The position numbers and the translations under genes are program-made. A stretch of DNA of 64,000 nt from Acidobacteriota bacterium. Its GTDB lineage: Bacteria; Acidobacteriota; Terriglobia; Versatilivoradales; Versatilivoraceae. The notes under the pieces are model-generated. The model was not told the DNA's origin and ran no database searches. It worked only from the letters and a program-made list of their open reading frames with translations. Positions 7,738 to 17,959 of this stretch are shown piece after piece (positions within the stretch are counted from its first letter, which is position 1; each line of letters begins with the position of its first letter). Where the stretch lies: contig JAJECY010000247.1 in assembly GCA_022821775.1 (NCBI GenBank), positions 2,368-66,367 of the forward strand, read 5' to 3'.

Positions 7738-10404
7738 ATGAGAAGGCGATCGATGCCGGCCATAAAGCCAATGCGAACGAAGACCCTTCCGGCTCTGGCC
7801 CTGATTGTCTGGCTCCTGACCCCGGCTACAGCCGGCCTCGCCCAGGACAAGCCGTCGCTGTATGAGTCCGTGCAGGCCGTCCTGGCCGAGAACTGTCTGA
7901 GCTGCCACGGGGCCGCCCAGATGTCCGGCCTGGACCTGAGGCAGCGGGAAGCCCTCCTGAAGGGAGGCACGCGAGGGCCGGCGGTGGTCCCCGGCAAGGC
8001 CGAAGAAAGCCTCCTGTTTCAGGTCGCGGCCCATATCGGGGAGCTGCGGATGCCTCCCGAGTCGCCCCGCCTGCCCCAGGAGAAGCTGGACCTCATCCGC
8101 CAGTGGATCGATACCGGCGCCGTCTGGGAGGAAAGCGGCGAAGGCGCCGACCCGGCCGCGGCAGAGCCTGAATGGTGGTCGTTCCGCAGGCCGCGGCGGC
8201 CTTCCTTGCCGCTGGTGGACGGCAAGGAGTGGCAGGGGAACCCCATCGATGCCTTCGTGCTGGCCAAGCTGCGCGAGCAAGGCCTGCCGGCGGCGCCTTC
8301 CGCCGACAAGCGGACCTTGATTCGACGCGCCTATTTCGACCTCATCGGCCTCCCCCCTACGCCGGAGCAGGTGGACCGCTTCCTCGAGGACACCTCGCCC
8401 CAAGCCTTTCAGTCGGTGGTGAACGAGTTGCTGGAATCGCCCCACTACGGGGAACGCTGGGGACGGCATTGGCTGGACGTGGTCCGCTACGCCGACTCGG
8501 CCGGGTTCGAGACCGATGCCTTCTTCCCCCACGCCTGGCGCTACCGAGACTACGTCATCAAGTCGTTCAACGAAGACAAGCCCTTCGACCGCTTCCTCCA
8601 GGAGCAGATCGCGGCCGACGAGCTCTGGCCCAACAACCTGGACCTGGAAGGGACCTACGCCATCCGGGTGGAGAAGCTCCGCCAACTGGAGGCCCGGGTG
8701 GGGACAGGACTCTACGGGCTGGTGCCGCAGACGGGTGAATCCAAGATGGACGCCAGCAGGGAGCTCAATGAAATCCTGACCGACTGGGTCGATACCACCG
8801 CCTCGGCATTCATGGGGCTCACGCTGGGCTGCTCACGCTGCCACGACCACAAGTTCGATCCCCTGTCCCAGCAGGACTACTACCGCTTCCAGGCCATCTT
8901 CGCGGCCAGCGACACGGTGGAGATTCCGGTGGTGACCAAGCTTTCCATGTTTCACCGGTCCGAATCCTATTCCGGCTTCCTGACCTTGGCCGAACTCCGC
9001 TGGACGCACCGGCGGCTGGAGCAGAAGGTCAGCCGGCGCGTTTTCGAAGCCAAGAAGGCGGAGTTCCCGCCGGAGGTGGTCGAAGCCTACCGAATCCCGG
9101 ATGACGATCGCACGCCGCAACAGGAAAAGCTGGCCGCCCCGCTGGCCGAGGCCCTGAAGAAGTTGGGCGACCCGAACGGATTGACCCTTCTGGACCTGGA
9201 AAAGCACCTGGCCCCGCAGGAAAAAGTCCAGCGCAAGGAGCTGGTGGAAAAGCTGGGTCAGGCCGTGCTGAAGATTCCGACCACCGAAGCCTCCCACCAG
9301 ACCCACTACGACGCCCTGTTCGACATTCCCAAGGCGGTGGTCATGGGCCACCGGCAGGCGGAGCTGGTTCCGGCGGTCCACGTGCTGGATCGGGGAGACC
9401 TGGGGAAGAACCTGCAGAAGGTGGAACCGGGGCTTCCGCGCATCCTGGCCAACGGAATGGATCTGGGCCGGCCTTCTTCGGACTTCGAGGTTCCCCGATC
9501 CCGGGCCAAGCTGGCCCTTTGGCTGAGCCGCCCCGATCATCCCCTGACGGCGCGGGTGCTGGTCAACCGCCTCTGGCAGTGGCATTTCGGGTCGGGCATC
9601 GTCAGCACACCCAACGACTTCGGGCGGATGGGAGCCGAGCCCACCCATCCGGAACTGCTGGACTGGCTGGCGACCGAGCTGGTGCGCCGGGGCTGGAGCC
9701 TCAAGTCGATGCACCGCCTCATCATGGCCTCGGACGCCTATAAAAGGACTAGCCAGTTTCCCGACCCGGCGGCAGCCGCAGCCGACCCCAGCAATCTCTA
9801 CCTTTGGCGCATGAACCGGCGCCGCCTGGAGGCCGAGGCCCTGTGGGACGCCCTCCATGCCGCCGCCGGAACCCTCAACCGCCAGTTGGGAGGGCGGTCC
9901 TTTTGCCCGACGCCGGAGGAAGGGGACCTCTCGGGCAAGAACTGGGTCCGGGTCTATGCCGACCCCGAGGAGCAGAATCGGCGGGCGGTCTACATCCTGG
10001 TGCAGCGGAACTTCGGATTCCCCATGTTCGAGACCTTCGACACGCCCGATCCGGCCGTGAGCTGCTCGGTGCGCGAAGTCACCACCGTGCCCCCCCAGGC
10101 CCTCTTTTTTCTGAACGACAAGATGGTCTTCGGCCAGGCCCGGGCCTTTGCGGACCGCTTGGTCCGCGAGGTCGGAGACAATCCGTCCGGCTGGATCCGC
10201 CAGGCCTGGCGCGTTGCCCTGGGGCGGGAACCCACCGCCAAGGAGCAGGAAGAGGCCGGGACCCTGCTGGAGTCGCTGACGGAATCGGAGGTCGGAGCCG
10301 GGAAGCCCGACTCGCTGGCCGAGAAGGGCCAGGCCCGCGCCCGGGCTCTCACCCAGTTGTGCCTGGCGGTCTTCAATTTGAGCGAGTTTTCCTACGTGGA
10401 CTGA
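7738..10404 (+). CDS. PSCyt1 (planctomycete cytochrome c) / DUF1549 / DUF1553 domain protein
   Basis: Signal peptide, CxxCH haem motif (LAENCLSCHG), and the characteristic DUF1549 (HYGERWGRHWLDVVRYADS) and DUF1553 regions. Followed 60 nt downstream by a DUF1501 gene, the canonical pairing. Confidence 0.9.
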   Translation: MRRRSMPAIKPMRTKTLPALALIVWLLTPATAGLAQDKPSLYESVQAVLAENCLSCHGAAQMSGLDLRQREALLKGGTRGPAVVPGKAEESLLFQVAAHIGELRMPPESPRLPQEKLDLIRQWIDTGAVWEESGEGADPAAAEPEWWSFRRPRRPSLPLVDGKEWQGNPIDAFVLAKLREQGLPAAPSADKRTLIRRAYFDLIGLPPTPEQVDRFLEDTSPQAFQSVVNELLESPHYGERWGRHWLDVVRYADSAGFETDAFFPHAWRYRDYVIKSFNEDKPFDRFLQEQIAADELWPNNLDLEGTYAIRVEKLRQLEARVGTGLYGLVPQTGESKMDASRELNEILTDWVDTTASAFMGLTLGCSRCHDHKFDPLSQQDYYRFQAIFAASDTVEIPVVTKLSMFHRSESYSGFLTLAELRWTHRRLEQKVSRRVFEAKKAEFPPEVVEAYRIPDDDRTPQQEKLAAPLAEALKKLGDPNGLTLLDLEKHLAPQEKVQRKELVEKLGQAVLKIPTTEASHQTHYDALFDIPKAVVMGHRQAELVPAVHVLDRGDLGKNLQKVEPGLPRILANGMDLGRPSSDFEVPRSRAKLALWLSRPDHPLTARVLVNRLWQWHFGSGIVSTPNDFGRMGAEPTHPELLDWLATELVRRGWSLKSMHRLIMASDAYKRTSQFPDPAAAAADPSNLYLWRMNRRRLEAEALWDALHAAAGTLNRQLGGRSFCPTPEEGDLSGKNWVRVYADPEEQNRRAVYILVQRNFGFPMFETFDTPDPAVSCSVREVTTVPPQALFFLNDKMVFGQARAFADRLVREVGDNPSGWIRQAWRVALGREPTAKEQEEAGTLLESLTESEVGAGKPDSLAEKGQARARALTQLCLAVFNLSEFSYVD

Positions 10405-10464
10405 GAGTCCTTGTTAAACCCGGCCTAGGGCTGGTACCATCTCGGGTACAAGGAGCCAATTTCA

Positions 10465-11910
10465 ATGGATCACACCTGCTGCCACCGGCAAATGACCGCC
10501 AGGTCCCGGAGGGAGTTTCTCACCACCTCCGGATTCGGCTTCGGCGGCCTGGCCCTGGGCTACCTGCTGAATCGCGAGCACGCCCTGGCCAACGTGGTGC
10601 CGCCCACCACCGTCAATCCATTGGCCCGCCGGACGCCGCACTTCCCGGCCAAGGGCAAGAGTGTCATCTGTCTGTATATGAAGGGCGGCCCCAGCCAGAT
10701 GGACAGCTTCGACCCCAAGCCCCTGCTCAGCCGGCTCGACGGTCAGCCCATCCCGCCCAGCTTCGTCACCAAGGACCTGGACCTGCAGTTCGTCAAGGTC
10801 GAGGACATGAAGCTGCTGGGATCCCGGCGGACCTTCCGGAAATATGGGCAGTCCGGCCTGGAGATCTCCGACCTTTTCAGCCGGGTGGGTCAACACGCCG
10901 ACGACTTGGCCGTAATCCGCTCCTGCTACCACGACTCCTTCATCCACGGGCCCGCCATGAGCGTCATGCTGACGGGATCGGTCCGGCTGGGTCATCCCAG
11001 CGTGGGAGCCTGGGTGGTCTACGGCCTGGGCAGCGAGACCGAGAACCTGCCGGCCTACGTGGCCATGTCGGAGGGAGCCGGCGTCTCCACCAAGGCGGTC
11101 TATGGAGCCGGGTTCCTTCCCGCAGCCTACCAGGGCACCTTCATGCGGACCGAGGGGAATCCCCTGCGGAACCTGACGCCCCCCATCGATCCCGGCAACC
11201 AGCGAAAGATCCTGGACCAGGTGGGCCGCTGGAACCAGCGGCACCTGGACCAGCGGCGGCAGGACGACTCTCGCCTGGCCGCCCGCCTGACCAACTACGA
11301 GCTGGCTTTTCGCATGCAGACGGCAGCCCCCGAGCTGATCGACATCTCCGGCGAACCGGAGCACGTCCGGCAGATGTACGGCCTGAATTCCGAAAACACG
11401 GCCAAGTTCGGGCGAATGTGCCTGCTGGCGCGGCGGATGGTGGAGCGGGGAGTCCGTTTCATTCAGCTCTACAAGAGCGGCTGGGACGGACATACCGAGA
11501 ACGATCAGCTCCACGTGGGCAGCGCCGCCAAGATCGACCAGCCCATTGCCGGCCTGATCGCCGACCTGAAGCAGCGGGGCCTGCTGGACAGCACCCTGCT
11601 GGTCTGGACAGGCGAGTTCGGCCGCACTCCCATCAACCAGGGAAAGATGGGCCGGGACCATAACCCCTACGGCTTCACCACCTGGATGGCCGGGGGCGGC
11701 ATCCGCGGCGGCAAGGCCATCGGTGCCACCGACGAGCTGGGCTTCCGGGCCGTCGAGGACCGGGTGCACGTCCACGACCTGCATGCCACCATCCTTTCAC
11801 TGCTGGGTCTGGACCACGAGAAGCTGACCTACTTCTTCGAAGGCCGCAACCGCCGCCTGACCGACGTCGGCGGACAGAACGACCTGTCGGGCAAACTGGT
11901 GGCCGGCTGA
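10465..11910 (+). CDS. DUF1501 domain protein (sulfatase-like, TAT signal)
   Basis: SRREFLTTSGFGFGGLAL twin-arginine signal. Conserved DUF1501 blocks (YMKGGPSQMDSFDPKP, WTGEFGRTP, GRDHNPYGFT). AAGGAG lies 9 nt upstream of ATG 10465. Confidence 0.9.
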   Translation: MDHTCCHRQMTARSRREFLTTSGFGFGGLALGYLLNREHALANVVPPTTVNPLARRTPHFPAKGKSVICLYMKGGPSQMDSFDPKPLLSRLDGQPIPPSFVTKDLDLQFVKVEDMKLLGSRRTFRKYGQSGLEISDLFSRVGQHADDLAVIRSCYHDSFIHGPAMSVMLTGSVRLGHPSVGAWVVYGLGSETENLPAYVAMSEGAGVSTKAVYGAGFLPAAYQGTFMRTEGNPLRNLTPPIDPGNQRKILDQVGRWNQRHLDQRRQDDSRLAARLTNYELAFRMQTAAPELIDISGEPEHVRQMYGLNSENTAKFGRMCLLARRMVERGVRFIQLYKSGWDGHTENDQLHVGSAAKIDQPIAGLIADLKQRGLLDSTLLVWTGEFGRTPINQGKMGRDHNPYGFTTWMAGGGIRGGKAIGATDELGFRAVEDRVHVHDLHATILSLLGLDHEKLTYFFEGRNRRLTDVGGQNDLSGKLVAG

Positions 11911-12065
11911 ACCGGGCGCCGGACCGGGTCGAAGTCCAACCAGGCGCCTTCCACCCGTTGCTCCCGCCGCCACGGCCTCTTTCCCCCTTCCGACTGAGAT
12001 CCCGGACGATGTCTTCATGTGATAGGGAGGGGCTCTTGGATATTGCCCTTCCCGAGGCTGCCGCA

Positions 12066-12581
12066 ATGCTGATGCTGACGCTGGTCTTCCTTCTCTTCAT
12101 CTTTCCCCTGGGCGCCGCGGCTCAGGAGGCCACGCCGACCTACAAGGGAAGCCTTCGCCTGCCGCTGGAGCTGCAGACCCCGCAGGGTCAACGCCTGGCA
12201 AAGGGGAAAGTGGACCTGGAGGTACGGCTGGAGCAAAAGGCCTGGCTGCTGTTTTCCCGGGGGGAGCAGGCCTTGGCCCGGGTGGAGGGTAAGGTTCTGG
12301 AAGGCGACGCCCCGGACCCGCCGGGCGCGGTTCCCCTGGTGGGCACCGTATTCCTGCAGTCCTCCGCCGTACCCATCCGCAGTGACTTCGACCGGCGCTA
12401 CAGCAAAACCGGAAAGCCGCAATACCGGGAAGAGAGCTACGACTGGAGAGGCACCCTCAGGGTGCACCGCCCGCCGAACCCGCGTGGCCGGGAGGTCTAC
12501 TTCATCTTTCACGAACGGGGCCAGAATGAAAACCACCGGCGCATCCAGTTCACCCTGCTTCGAGCGGGAAATGTGGAGTGA
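12066..12581 (+). CDS. hypothetical secreted protein
   Basis: Internal ATG 12066 gives MLMLTLVFLLFIFPLGAAAQ signal peptide. No recognisable domain. Confidence 0.4.
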   Translation: MLMLTLVFLLFIFPLGAAAQEATPTYKGSLRLPLELQTPQGQRLAKGKVDLEVRLEQKAWLLFSRGEQALARVEGKVLEGDAPDPPGAVPLVGTVFLQSSAVPIRSDFDRRYSKTGKPQYREESYDWRGTLRVHRPPNPRGREVYFIFHERGQNENHRRIQFTLLRAGNVE

Positions 12582-12620
12582 GGATTGCAGGCGAGGAGTG
12601 GGTATGGGCGGAGCAGCCAG

Positions 12621-12995
12621 CTAACCGCGCTCTTCAATCTCGAATACGACGATAATTCCGCGTTTGCCCTGCGCCAGGCCGATACGCAGCGAGTCCATTC
12701 GACCGAGTGACCACACCGCACGAAAGTCCTTCTTCAATGTGCCGGGGTCAAGCCTGTCTCCGGGCCCGGTCTCGATCTTCGAGCCGATAAGCTCCTTCAA
12801 AGGCTTGGGATCGCCGGCAAAGGTCCCGCAGATCTCGATACTCTGGACCACCATCTCGTCCGGCGGATCGCCCGGCTCGAGGTTTGGTCCAGACGGACAC
12901 GGCTCCGATACCGGGGTCGAGGCTACGGCCGTCAAGAGGAACAGGGGAGACAACAGGACAGCAACGAGGCTTTTTCCAAGCAGGAATCGGACCAT
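12621..12995 (-). CDS. hypothetical small secreted protein
   Basis: 124-aa ORF with N-terminal signal peptide (MVRFLLGKSLVAVLLSPLFLLTAVAS). The C-terminal part is weakly POTRA-like. Low certainty. Confidence 0.4.
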   Translation of the reverse strand: MVRFLLGKSLVAVLLSPLFLLTAVASTPVSEPCPSGPNLEPGDPPDEMVVQSIEICGTFAGDPKPLKELIGSKIETGPGDRLDPGTLKKDFRAVWSLGRMDSLRIGLAQGKRGIIVVFEIEERG

Positions 12996-13087
12996 CGTGG
13001 GAGCTCCTTCAAATCAAGGAACAAGCACAGCCAGGGGGATTGGGCGTTAGGTTCTTGAGCCTTTTGCAAAATTCGTCGTCGAGCGCT

Positions 13088-13203
13088 GGGGACGTTGTTG
13101 AATTACTGGAATAACTTCGATCCACCGCTGCTGAATGATTTTGATTCAATGACGTCTCCTACGCGCTCTTTACAAGTTATTCCAGTAATTCAACAACGTC
13201 CCC
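13088..13203. repeat. perfect 30-bp AT-rich inverted repeat with a 56-bp spacer (MITE-like / long hairpin element)
   Basis: 13088-13117 GGGGACGTTGTTGAATTACTGGAATAACTT is the exact reverse complement of 13174-13203. Sits in an AT-rich intergenic region between two minus-strand genes. Confidence 0.8.
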
Positions 13204-13351
13204 TATCCACAAGGTGTTCCGAAGGCTCAAAATCGACCCCAAGAAAGGTGTCGCCATAAACCAGACAGGTTGATTCTGCGTAAGCTCCCTTTTTACAATC
13301 CATTACGCTTATTTTGCTCGTGAAGTTCCGTTTAAGGCAAGTCCATTTTCA

Positions 13352-14656
13352 TCATTCCGCACCTAGGTCAAAGGCCACGATCTTTTTTCTGCTGCGGACG
13401 TAGAGCGTGTCTCCAACCAGGGAGGGCACCGTCCAGCAGTTGTACTTCAGCGGCTGAGCCTGGGCCAGGATTTCGATTCCCTTTTTGCCGGGCACGGCCA
13501 GGGCCAGGGTGCCGTCCTCATCCAGGATGATGAACTTGCCGTCGGCGTAGAGCAGGGTCCCCTTGGCGAATCCCCGATGGCGCCAGGCCACTTCGCCGTC
13601 GGAGACCCGGATGGCGGTGAGAAAGGCCGGTCCGAAGTCGCCGCTGAAGCCGTAGGCCATCCCGTCCAGGCGAACGACGTTGCCGTGGTGCACCCGCATC
13701 CGCTTGGTGAACCACAGCTCCTCCACCGAGGTCTTGCCGTTGCGGCGGCTGAGCTCGAGGGCACGACTCCCCCCCTTGTAGGCCGTGGAGAGGAACAGGC
13801 GGTTGTCCGCTCCCCAGGCCGGGGTGCTGACCGTCAGGCCTCCGGCCAGGCCGTGGGTGTGGCTCCAGAGCAGGTCTCCGGTCTCGGGATCCACCCCGAC
13901 CACCTCCTCCTCCATCATGCCCACAAACTGATCCTGTCCGTCGACGTTGATCAGGATGGGCGAGGAATGGGAGCGCTTGAAGTCGTGCCGGGTCCAGACC
14001 ACCCGGCCGTCCGCGGCGTTGAAGGCCATCAGGCCGTGACCGGGCCCTCCCACCAGGCAGAGGACCAGGTCTCTGTAGGCAATGGGACTGGAAGAAAACC
14101 CTCGGCTCAAGGGGGTGCTTCTGAAATCCCCGGCCAGCTCGTACGACCAGAGAACCTCCCCGGTGTCCTTCTTCAGGCAGTGCAGGGTGCCGTTCCAGCC
14201 GATGGTCACCAGCCCTTCCCGGGTCAGCAGGGGGGTCGCCTGGGGTCCGACGCCATACTTGCGGTGGGTGTTGTCCAGCTCCCTCATGATGGGCGCCGGA
14301 TAGCGGTGCTGCCATAGAGTGCGGCCGCTTGCAGGCTCCAGGGCGACCACCACTTCGTCCTCTTCCTGCCGGTACAGGGTGTAGAGTCGTTTCCCGTCAG
14401 CCAGGATCCCCGCATAGCCGTCCCCCACCTCGCGGCTCCAAAGCTGAGGTGGCCCCTCGGAGGACCACGAGGTCGAAAGACCGGCTGTCCGGACCTTGAA
14501 GTCCCCGCCGGGTCCGCCCCAACCTGGCCATCCCCGGGAGGGGTGGATGCCGCAGCCGGAGGTCCACAGCAGCGCGCAGGCAGCGGTCCAGGCCAACAGG
14601 TTCGGAAATCTGCAGCGGGCGGCAGAGGGTCTTTCTGCCTGTCGGGGTCGTATCAT
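13352..14656 (-). CDS. PQQ-like beta-propeller repeat protein (BamB-like fold), probable lipoprotein
   Basis: The track ORF 13352..15001 is trimmed to the internal ATG at 14656 (MIRPRQAERPSAARCRFPNLLAWTAACALLWTSGC). Repeated PQQ-type blades (DGxVLWS..., DGRVVWT..., DGEVAWR...). Confidence 0.7.
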   Translation of the reverse strand: MIRPRQAERPSAARCRFPNLLAWTAACALLWTSGCGIHPSRGWPGWGGPGGDFKVRTAGLSTSWSSEGPPQLWSREVGDGYAGILADGKRLYTLYRQEEDEVVVALEPASGRTLWQHRYPAPIMRELDNTHRKYGVGPQATPLLTREGLVTIGWNGTLHCLKKDTGEVLWSYELAGDFRSTPLSRGFSSSPIAYRDLVLCLVGGPGHGLMAFNAADGRVVWTRHDFKRSHSSPILINVDGQDQFVGMMEEEVVGVDPETGDLLWSHTHGLAGGLTVSTPAWGADNRLFLSTAYKGGSRALELSRRNGKTSVEELWFTKRMRVHHGNVVRLDGMAYGFSGDFGPAFLTAIRVSDGEVAWRHRGFAKGTLLYADGKFIILDEDGTLALAVPGKKGIEILAQAQPLKYNCWTVPSLVGDTLYVRSRKKIVAFDLGAE

Positions 14657-14711
14657 TCCTTGCTCCTCATGGGTCGTGTGGGAGCGGTGTGCATTCGGAC
14701 CGTTCCCGTCT

Positions 14712-15758
14712 TCAACAATCATTGATTCCCAGCGATTCCGCGGTTTCCACCATACGCTGCCAGACGTCCTCCGCGATCGGGATCCCCTCCCGCTCCCGTC
14801 GAGCCTGAGTCTCAACTTCCGGATCTCCGGGAACCCGCACCTGGTCGAACCCGGGCGCAGCGGGTACAGCCCGCACCCGCTGCTGCATCCGGTCGGACCG
14901 CCGGGCAAAGGTCGAGTAGGGCTGGAACAGGTCGGCCCGAAAGACCAGAAAGGTGTCTCCCTGGTGGCGCAGGACTTCGTCGGAGACCTGAGGGTCGGCA
15001 AAGGAATCGGATCCCAGCAGGATGCGGCTCAGCAACTCGGCCGCCAGCATGACGGCCCAACCCTTGTGCTGTCCGAAAGGGGTGTGGCCGCCCCCCTCGA
15101 AGAAGTCGGCCGGATCGGTGGTCGGCCGTCCTTCCTTGTCCACGATGCAACCCGGAGGGAGCGATTCCCCCCGGCTGTAGGCGTTGTCGACCTTGACCCC
15201 CGAGATAGCCGAAGTGGCGAAATCAGCCACCATGGGAGGCTCCTCTCCGGCGGGGATTCCCAGGGCGATGGGATTGGTGTGCAGCAAGGGGCGGCTGCCG
15301 CCGAACGGCATCACCCTGGGCTTGTTCTCGCTCAAGCCCCCCACCCAGACCATGGAGATCATCCGCTCGGCGGCAGCCATTTCCGCGTAGTGCCCCAGGC
15401 GTCCGACGTGGTGGGCCTGGACCAGGCCCACCAAGGCCATCTGTTCCCGGCTGGCCTTGCGGATGGCGGCCTCCACAGCGAACCGGGCCCCCACCTGCCC
15501 GAAGGTCCAGTTGCCCGAGATCAGAGCCGTGTTGTGGCTCTCTTCCAGAATCCCGGGCTTTTGCTCAGGGGCGAGCTGTCCGGCCCGGATGGCTTTCACG
15601 TATCCGGGGATGTGCCAGATGCCGTGGGTGTCGACTCCTCTGAGGTTGGCCAGCACCAGGTGCTCGGCAACCTCTTGGGCGTTGGACCGGTCGGCGCCGG
15701 CGGCTGACAGGATTCGGCAGGTGAGTTGACGGAGAGCCTCCGCCGTTCGAATGATCAT
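14712..15758 (-). CDS. Ldh_2 family oxidoreductase (malate/L-sulfolactate/ureidoglycolate dehydrogenase-type)
   Basis: 348 aa with the characteristic Ldh_2 N-terminal region (LANLRGVDTHGIWHIPGYVKA) and overall collinearity. Confidence 0.8.
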   Translation of the reverse strand: MIIRTAEALRQLTCRILSAAGADRSNAQEVAEHLVLANLRGVDTHGIWHIPGYVKAIRAGQLAPEQKPGILEESHNTALISGNWTFGQVGARFAVEAAIRKASREQMALVGLVQAHHVGRLGHYAEMAAAERMISMVWVGGLSENKPRVMPFGGSRPLLHTNPIALGIPAGEEPPMVADFATSAISGVKVDNAYSRGESLPPGCIVDKEGRPTTDPADFFEGGGHTPFGQHKGWAVMLAAELLSRILLGSDSFADPQVSDEVLRHQGDTFLVFRADLFQPYSTFARRSDRMQQRVRAVPAAPGFDQVRVPGDPEVETQARREREGIPIAEDVWQRMVETAESLGINDC

Positions 15759-15816
15759 TCAGGCTCCACTTTGAAAGACATGGTTGATACAACAGCGGCG
15801 CCGAGGCCCCGGCGGC

Positions 15817-17187
15817 TTACCGAATCAAGCCGGCCTGAACGGCCAGTCCAAAGACCACGCATCCGATGATCACCCCGGCCGAGGCCAGCAGCAGCACGGC
15901 CACCGGACGGCTCATTCTCAGAGGCCGCTCGGTGCGGAAGGCCAGCCAGCAGATGGCAATGGTGGCCAGGGGAGTTCCGGCCACGCCGATGATGTAGTGG
16001 CTGACCAGCACCATCAGGGCCGGCCGGGCCGGGATCAGCAGATAGAGGCTGAGCACCGACGCCAGAAAGGCGGTCTGGACCACCTGCTGGGACTTGCGCA
16101 CGGCCTGGGGCCTGCCTCGGTCGACCAATCCCAGGCTGCACAGGAAGTCGGTAATGATCCGCCCGTTGACGGCCGTGGCCGCCAGCAGGGTGGAAAGCAG
16201 GGTGGCCATCGCGCTGACCAGGAAGATGCTCTTGGACCAGGGGCCGTAGCTCTCGGTGAAGATGGAGGAGATCTGGTCGACCACCCCGATGCCCGCCGGA
16301 GTCATGCCGAGCGGAAAGAGAATGGCCGCCCCCAGAATGAAGTAGGCGGCTGTCACTGCCGTAGCCAGCAGGGTGGCCAGGCCGGCATCCACTTTGAGCA
16401 TTCGGATCCAGCCCCGGGCCCGTTCGACCCAGCCCTTGGAATCCCTCGGCCCCAGGTGTCTGCCGTAGCCCTTCTCCAGCACCCAGTAGGGGTAGACCAC
16501 CAGCTCCGCGCCGGAGACCCCCAGGGCGCCGATGAGGCTGATGACGGCGAAGGCCGCCAGGCGAACCTCGGTATCCCCCAGGGAAAAGCCCAGGCCTGAC
16601 CACAAGTCGGCTCCGCTCACGCTGAAGGGGGTCCCTTGAAGCATGACCAGGCCCACCAGCGCCGACACGCTCAGCAGCAGGGCCAGGCCGATCATCATCT
16701 TCTCCAGCCGCCCGTAGAGACCCCGCCAGAGCAGCAGTTGGACCGCGACCACCACCAGCACCGCCCAGATTCGAGCCGATCCGATGGAGTCGGACGACAG
16801 CGGGACGAGCCCGTGCATCAGGCCCGCCATGGCTCCCACCAGCCCGGAGGAGCCCACCTGGGCCAGCAGCCACCCCAGCATGAAGCCCCACACCAGCCAG
16901 GAGGTCTGCCGCAAGCGGGGGCCGGGAAATGGGCTCAAGGCCTCGAAGACGGTCCGGTTGTGGACCAGGCAATAGCGGCCCACCTCGACCTGGAGAAAGT
17001 ACTTGATCACGCAGGACAGCAGCACCGCCCACAGCAGCACGAAGCCGAACCTGGCCGCTTGCAGCGGCGTGTTGATGAGCTCGCCCGAGCCGATCACTCC
17101 GGCCGCCAGCACGATTCCCGGCCCCACGGCAAGCAGCATCGGCCAGGGCCTTGCCGGCGCGTCTCTAATGGGAGAGTCGGAACTCAT
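15817..17187 (-). CDS. Nramp family divalent metal cation transporter (MntH-like)
   Basis: GPGIVLAAGVIGSGELINTPLQAARFGFVLLWAVLL matches the Nramp signature region. The rest of the protein is a polytopic membrane protein consistent with about 11 TM segments. Confidence 0.88.
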   Translation of the reverse strand: MSSDSPIRDAPARPWPMLLAVGPGIVLAAGVIGSGELINTPLQAARFGFVLLWAVLLSCVIKYFLQVEVGRYCLVHNRTVFEALSPFPGPRLRQTSWLVWGFMLGWLLAQVGSSGLVGAMAGLMHGLVPLSSDSIGSARIWAVLVVVAVQLLLWRGLYGRLEKMMIGLALLLSVSALVGLVMLQGTPFSVSGADLWSGLGFSLGDTEVRLAAFAVISLIGALGVSGAELVVYPYWVLEKGYGRHLGPRDSKGWVERARGWIRMLKVDAGLATLLATAVTAAYFILGAAILFPLGMTPAGIGVVDQISSIFTESYGPWSKSIFLVSAMATLLSTLLAATAVNGRIITDFLCSLGLVDRGRPQAVRKSQQVVQTAFLASVLSLYLLIPARPALMVLVSHYIIGVAGTPLATIAICWLAFRTERPLRMSRPVAVLLLASAGVIIGCVVFGLAVQAGLIR

Positions 17188-17222
17188 GAGAGGTGGGTTG
17201 TGGTTGCGGCGGGTGGGCCGGC

Positions 17223-17921
17223 TCAGGGTTTGTCCGGTCGCATGCGCCGTTTCAATGCATCCAGGCTGAAGCGGTTCTCCACCAGGTCGAAGAATTCCGC
17301 CTCCTCATTCTGCACTTGACGGGCCGCGTCCGCCAGGGAATCGACGGCCTCCTCCGGGATAGTGATCAGGCCGCTCTCGTCTCCGTGCAGCAGGTCGCCG
17401 GGGTGGATGGTCAGGCCGGCGACGGTCACCGGGGTGTTGAAGCTGAGGTAGGCCGGATACCCGTGGGAAGCCACCCAACCGGCGCTGAAGACCTGGAATC
17501 CCGGGGTCCTGCGGGCGATTCCGCTCTTGTCCCGTGCGTTGACGTCGGTGACGATGCCGACGCAGCCCAACTTGTCCAGAACGCAGCAGAACATGTCGCC
17601 GATGACACAGCAGCGCTCGCGTTCGTGGCCATTGTGCTGGATCACCAGGACGATGGGCCGGGGAGCGGCCTCCAGGGTTTCCAGCAACTCGTCCACCCGA
17701 GGCGGCCTGCGATCGCCCGGGGTGGTGCTGTCGGCCGTTGCCGTGACCGCGTAGCCGACCATGGGTTCGAGCTGGGGAAACTGGCAGGAGATCCGGTTGG
17801 AGGCATAGCCGGTGACCCGGTCCCGCAGGGCCAGCTTTTCGATGGCGTTGGAAACCGTGGCCGTATCGAAGGCCCGCAGGGCTCCGAGCACTTCCGGCGA
17901 ATGGCGCGAATTGGGGGACAT
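17223..17921 (-). CDS. RraA family protein (RNase E inhibitor-like / 4-hydroxy-4-methyl-2-oxoglutarate aldolase family)
   Basis: 232 aa with conserved RraA blocks (FDTATVSNAIEKL...GYAVTA...IVLVIQHNGHER). Confidence 0.8.
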   Translation of the reverse strand: MSPNSRHSPEVLGALRAFDTATVSNAIEKLALRDRVTGYASNRISCQFPQLEPMVGYAVTATADSTTPGDRRPPRVDELLETLEAAPRPIVLVIQHNGHERERCCVIGDMFCCVLDKLGCVGIVTDVNARDKSGIARRTPGFQVFSAGWVASHGYPAYLSFNTPVTVAGLTIHPGDLLHGDESGLITIPEEAVDSLADAARQVQNEEAEFFDLVENRFSLDALKRRMRPDKP

Positions 17922-17959
17922 GGGGTCTCCTGGATCTTCAGCCGGGGGGCCGAGCGAGC

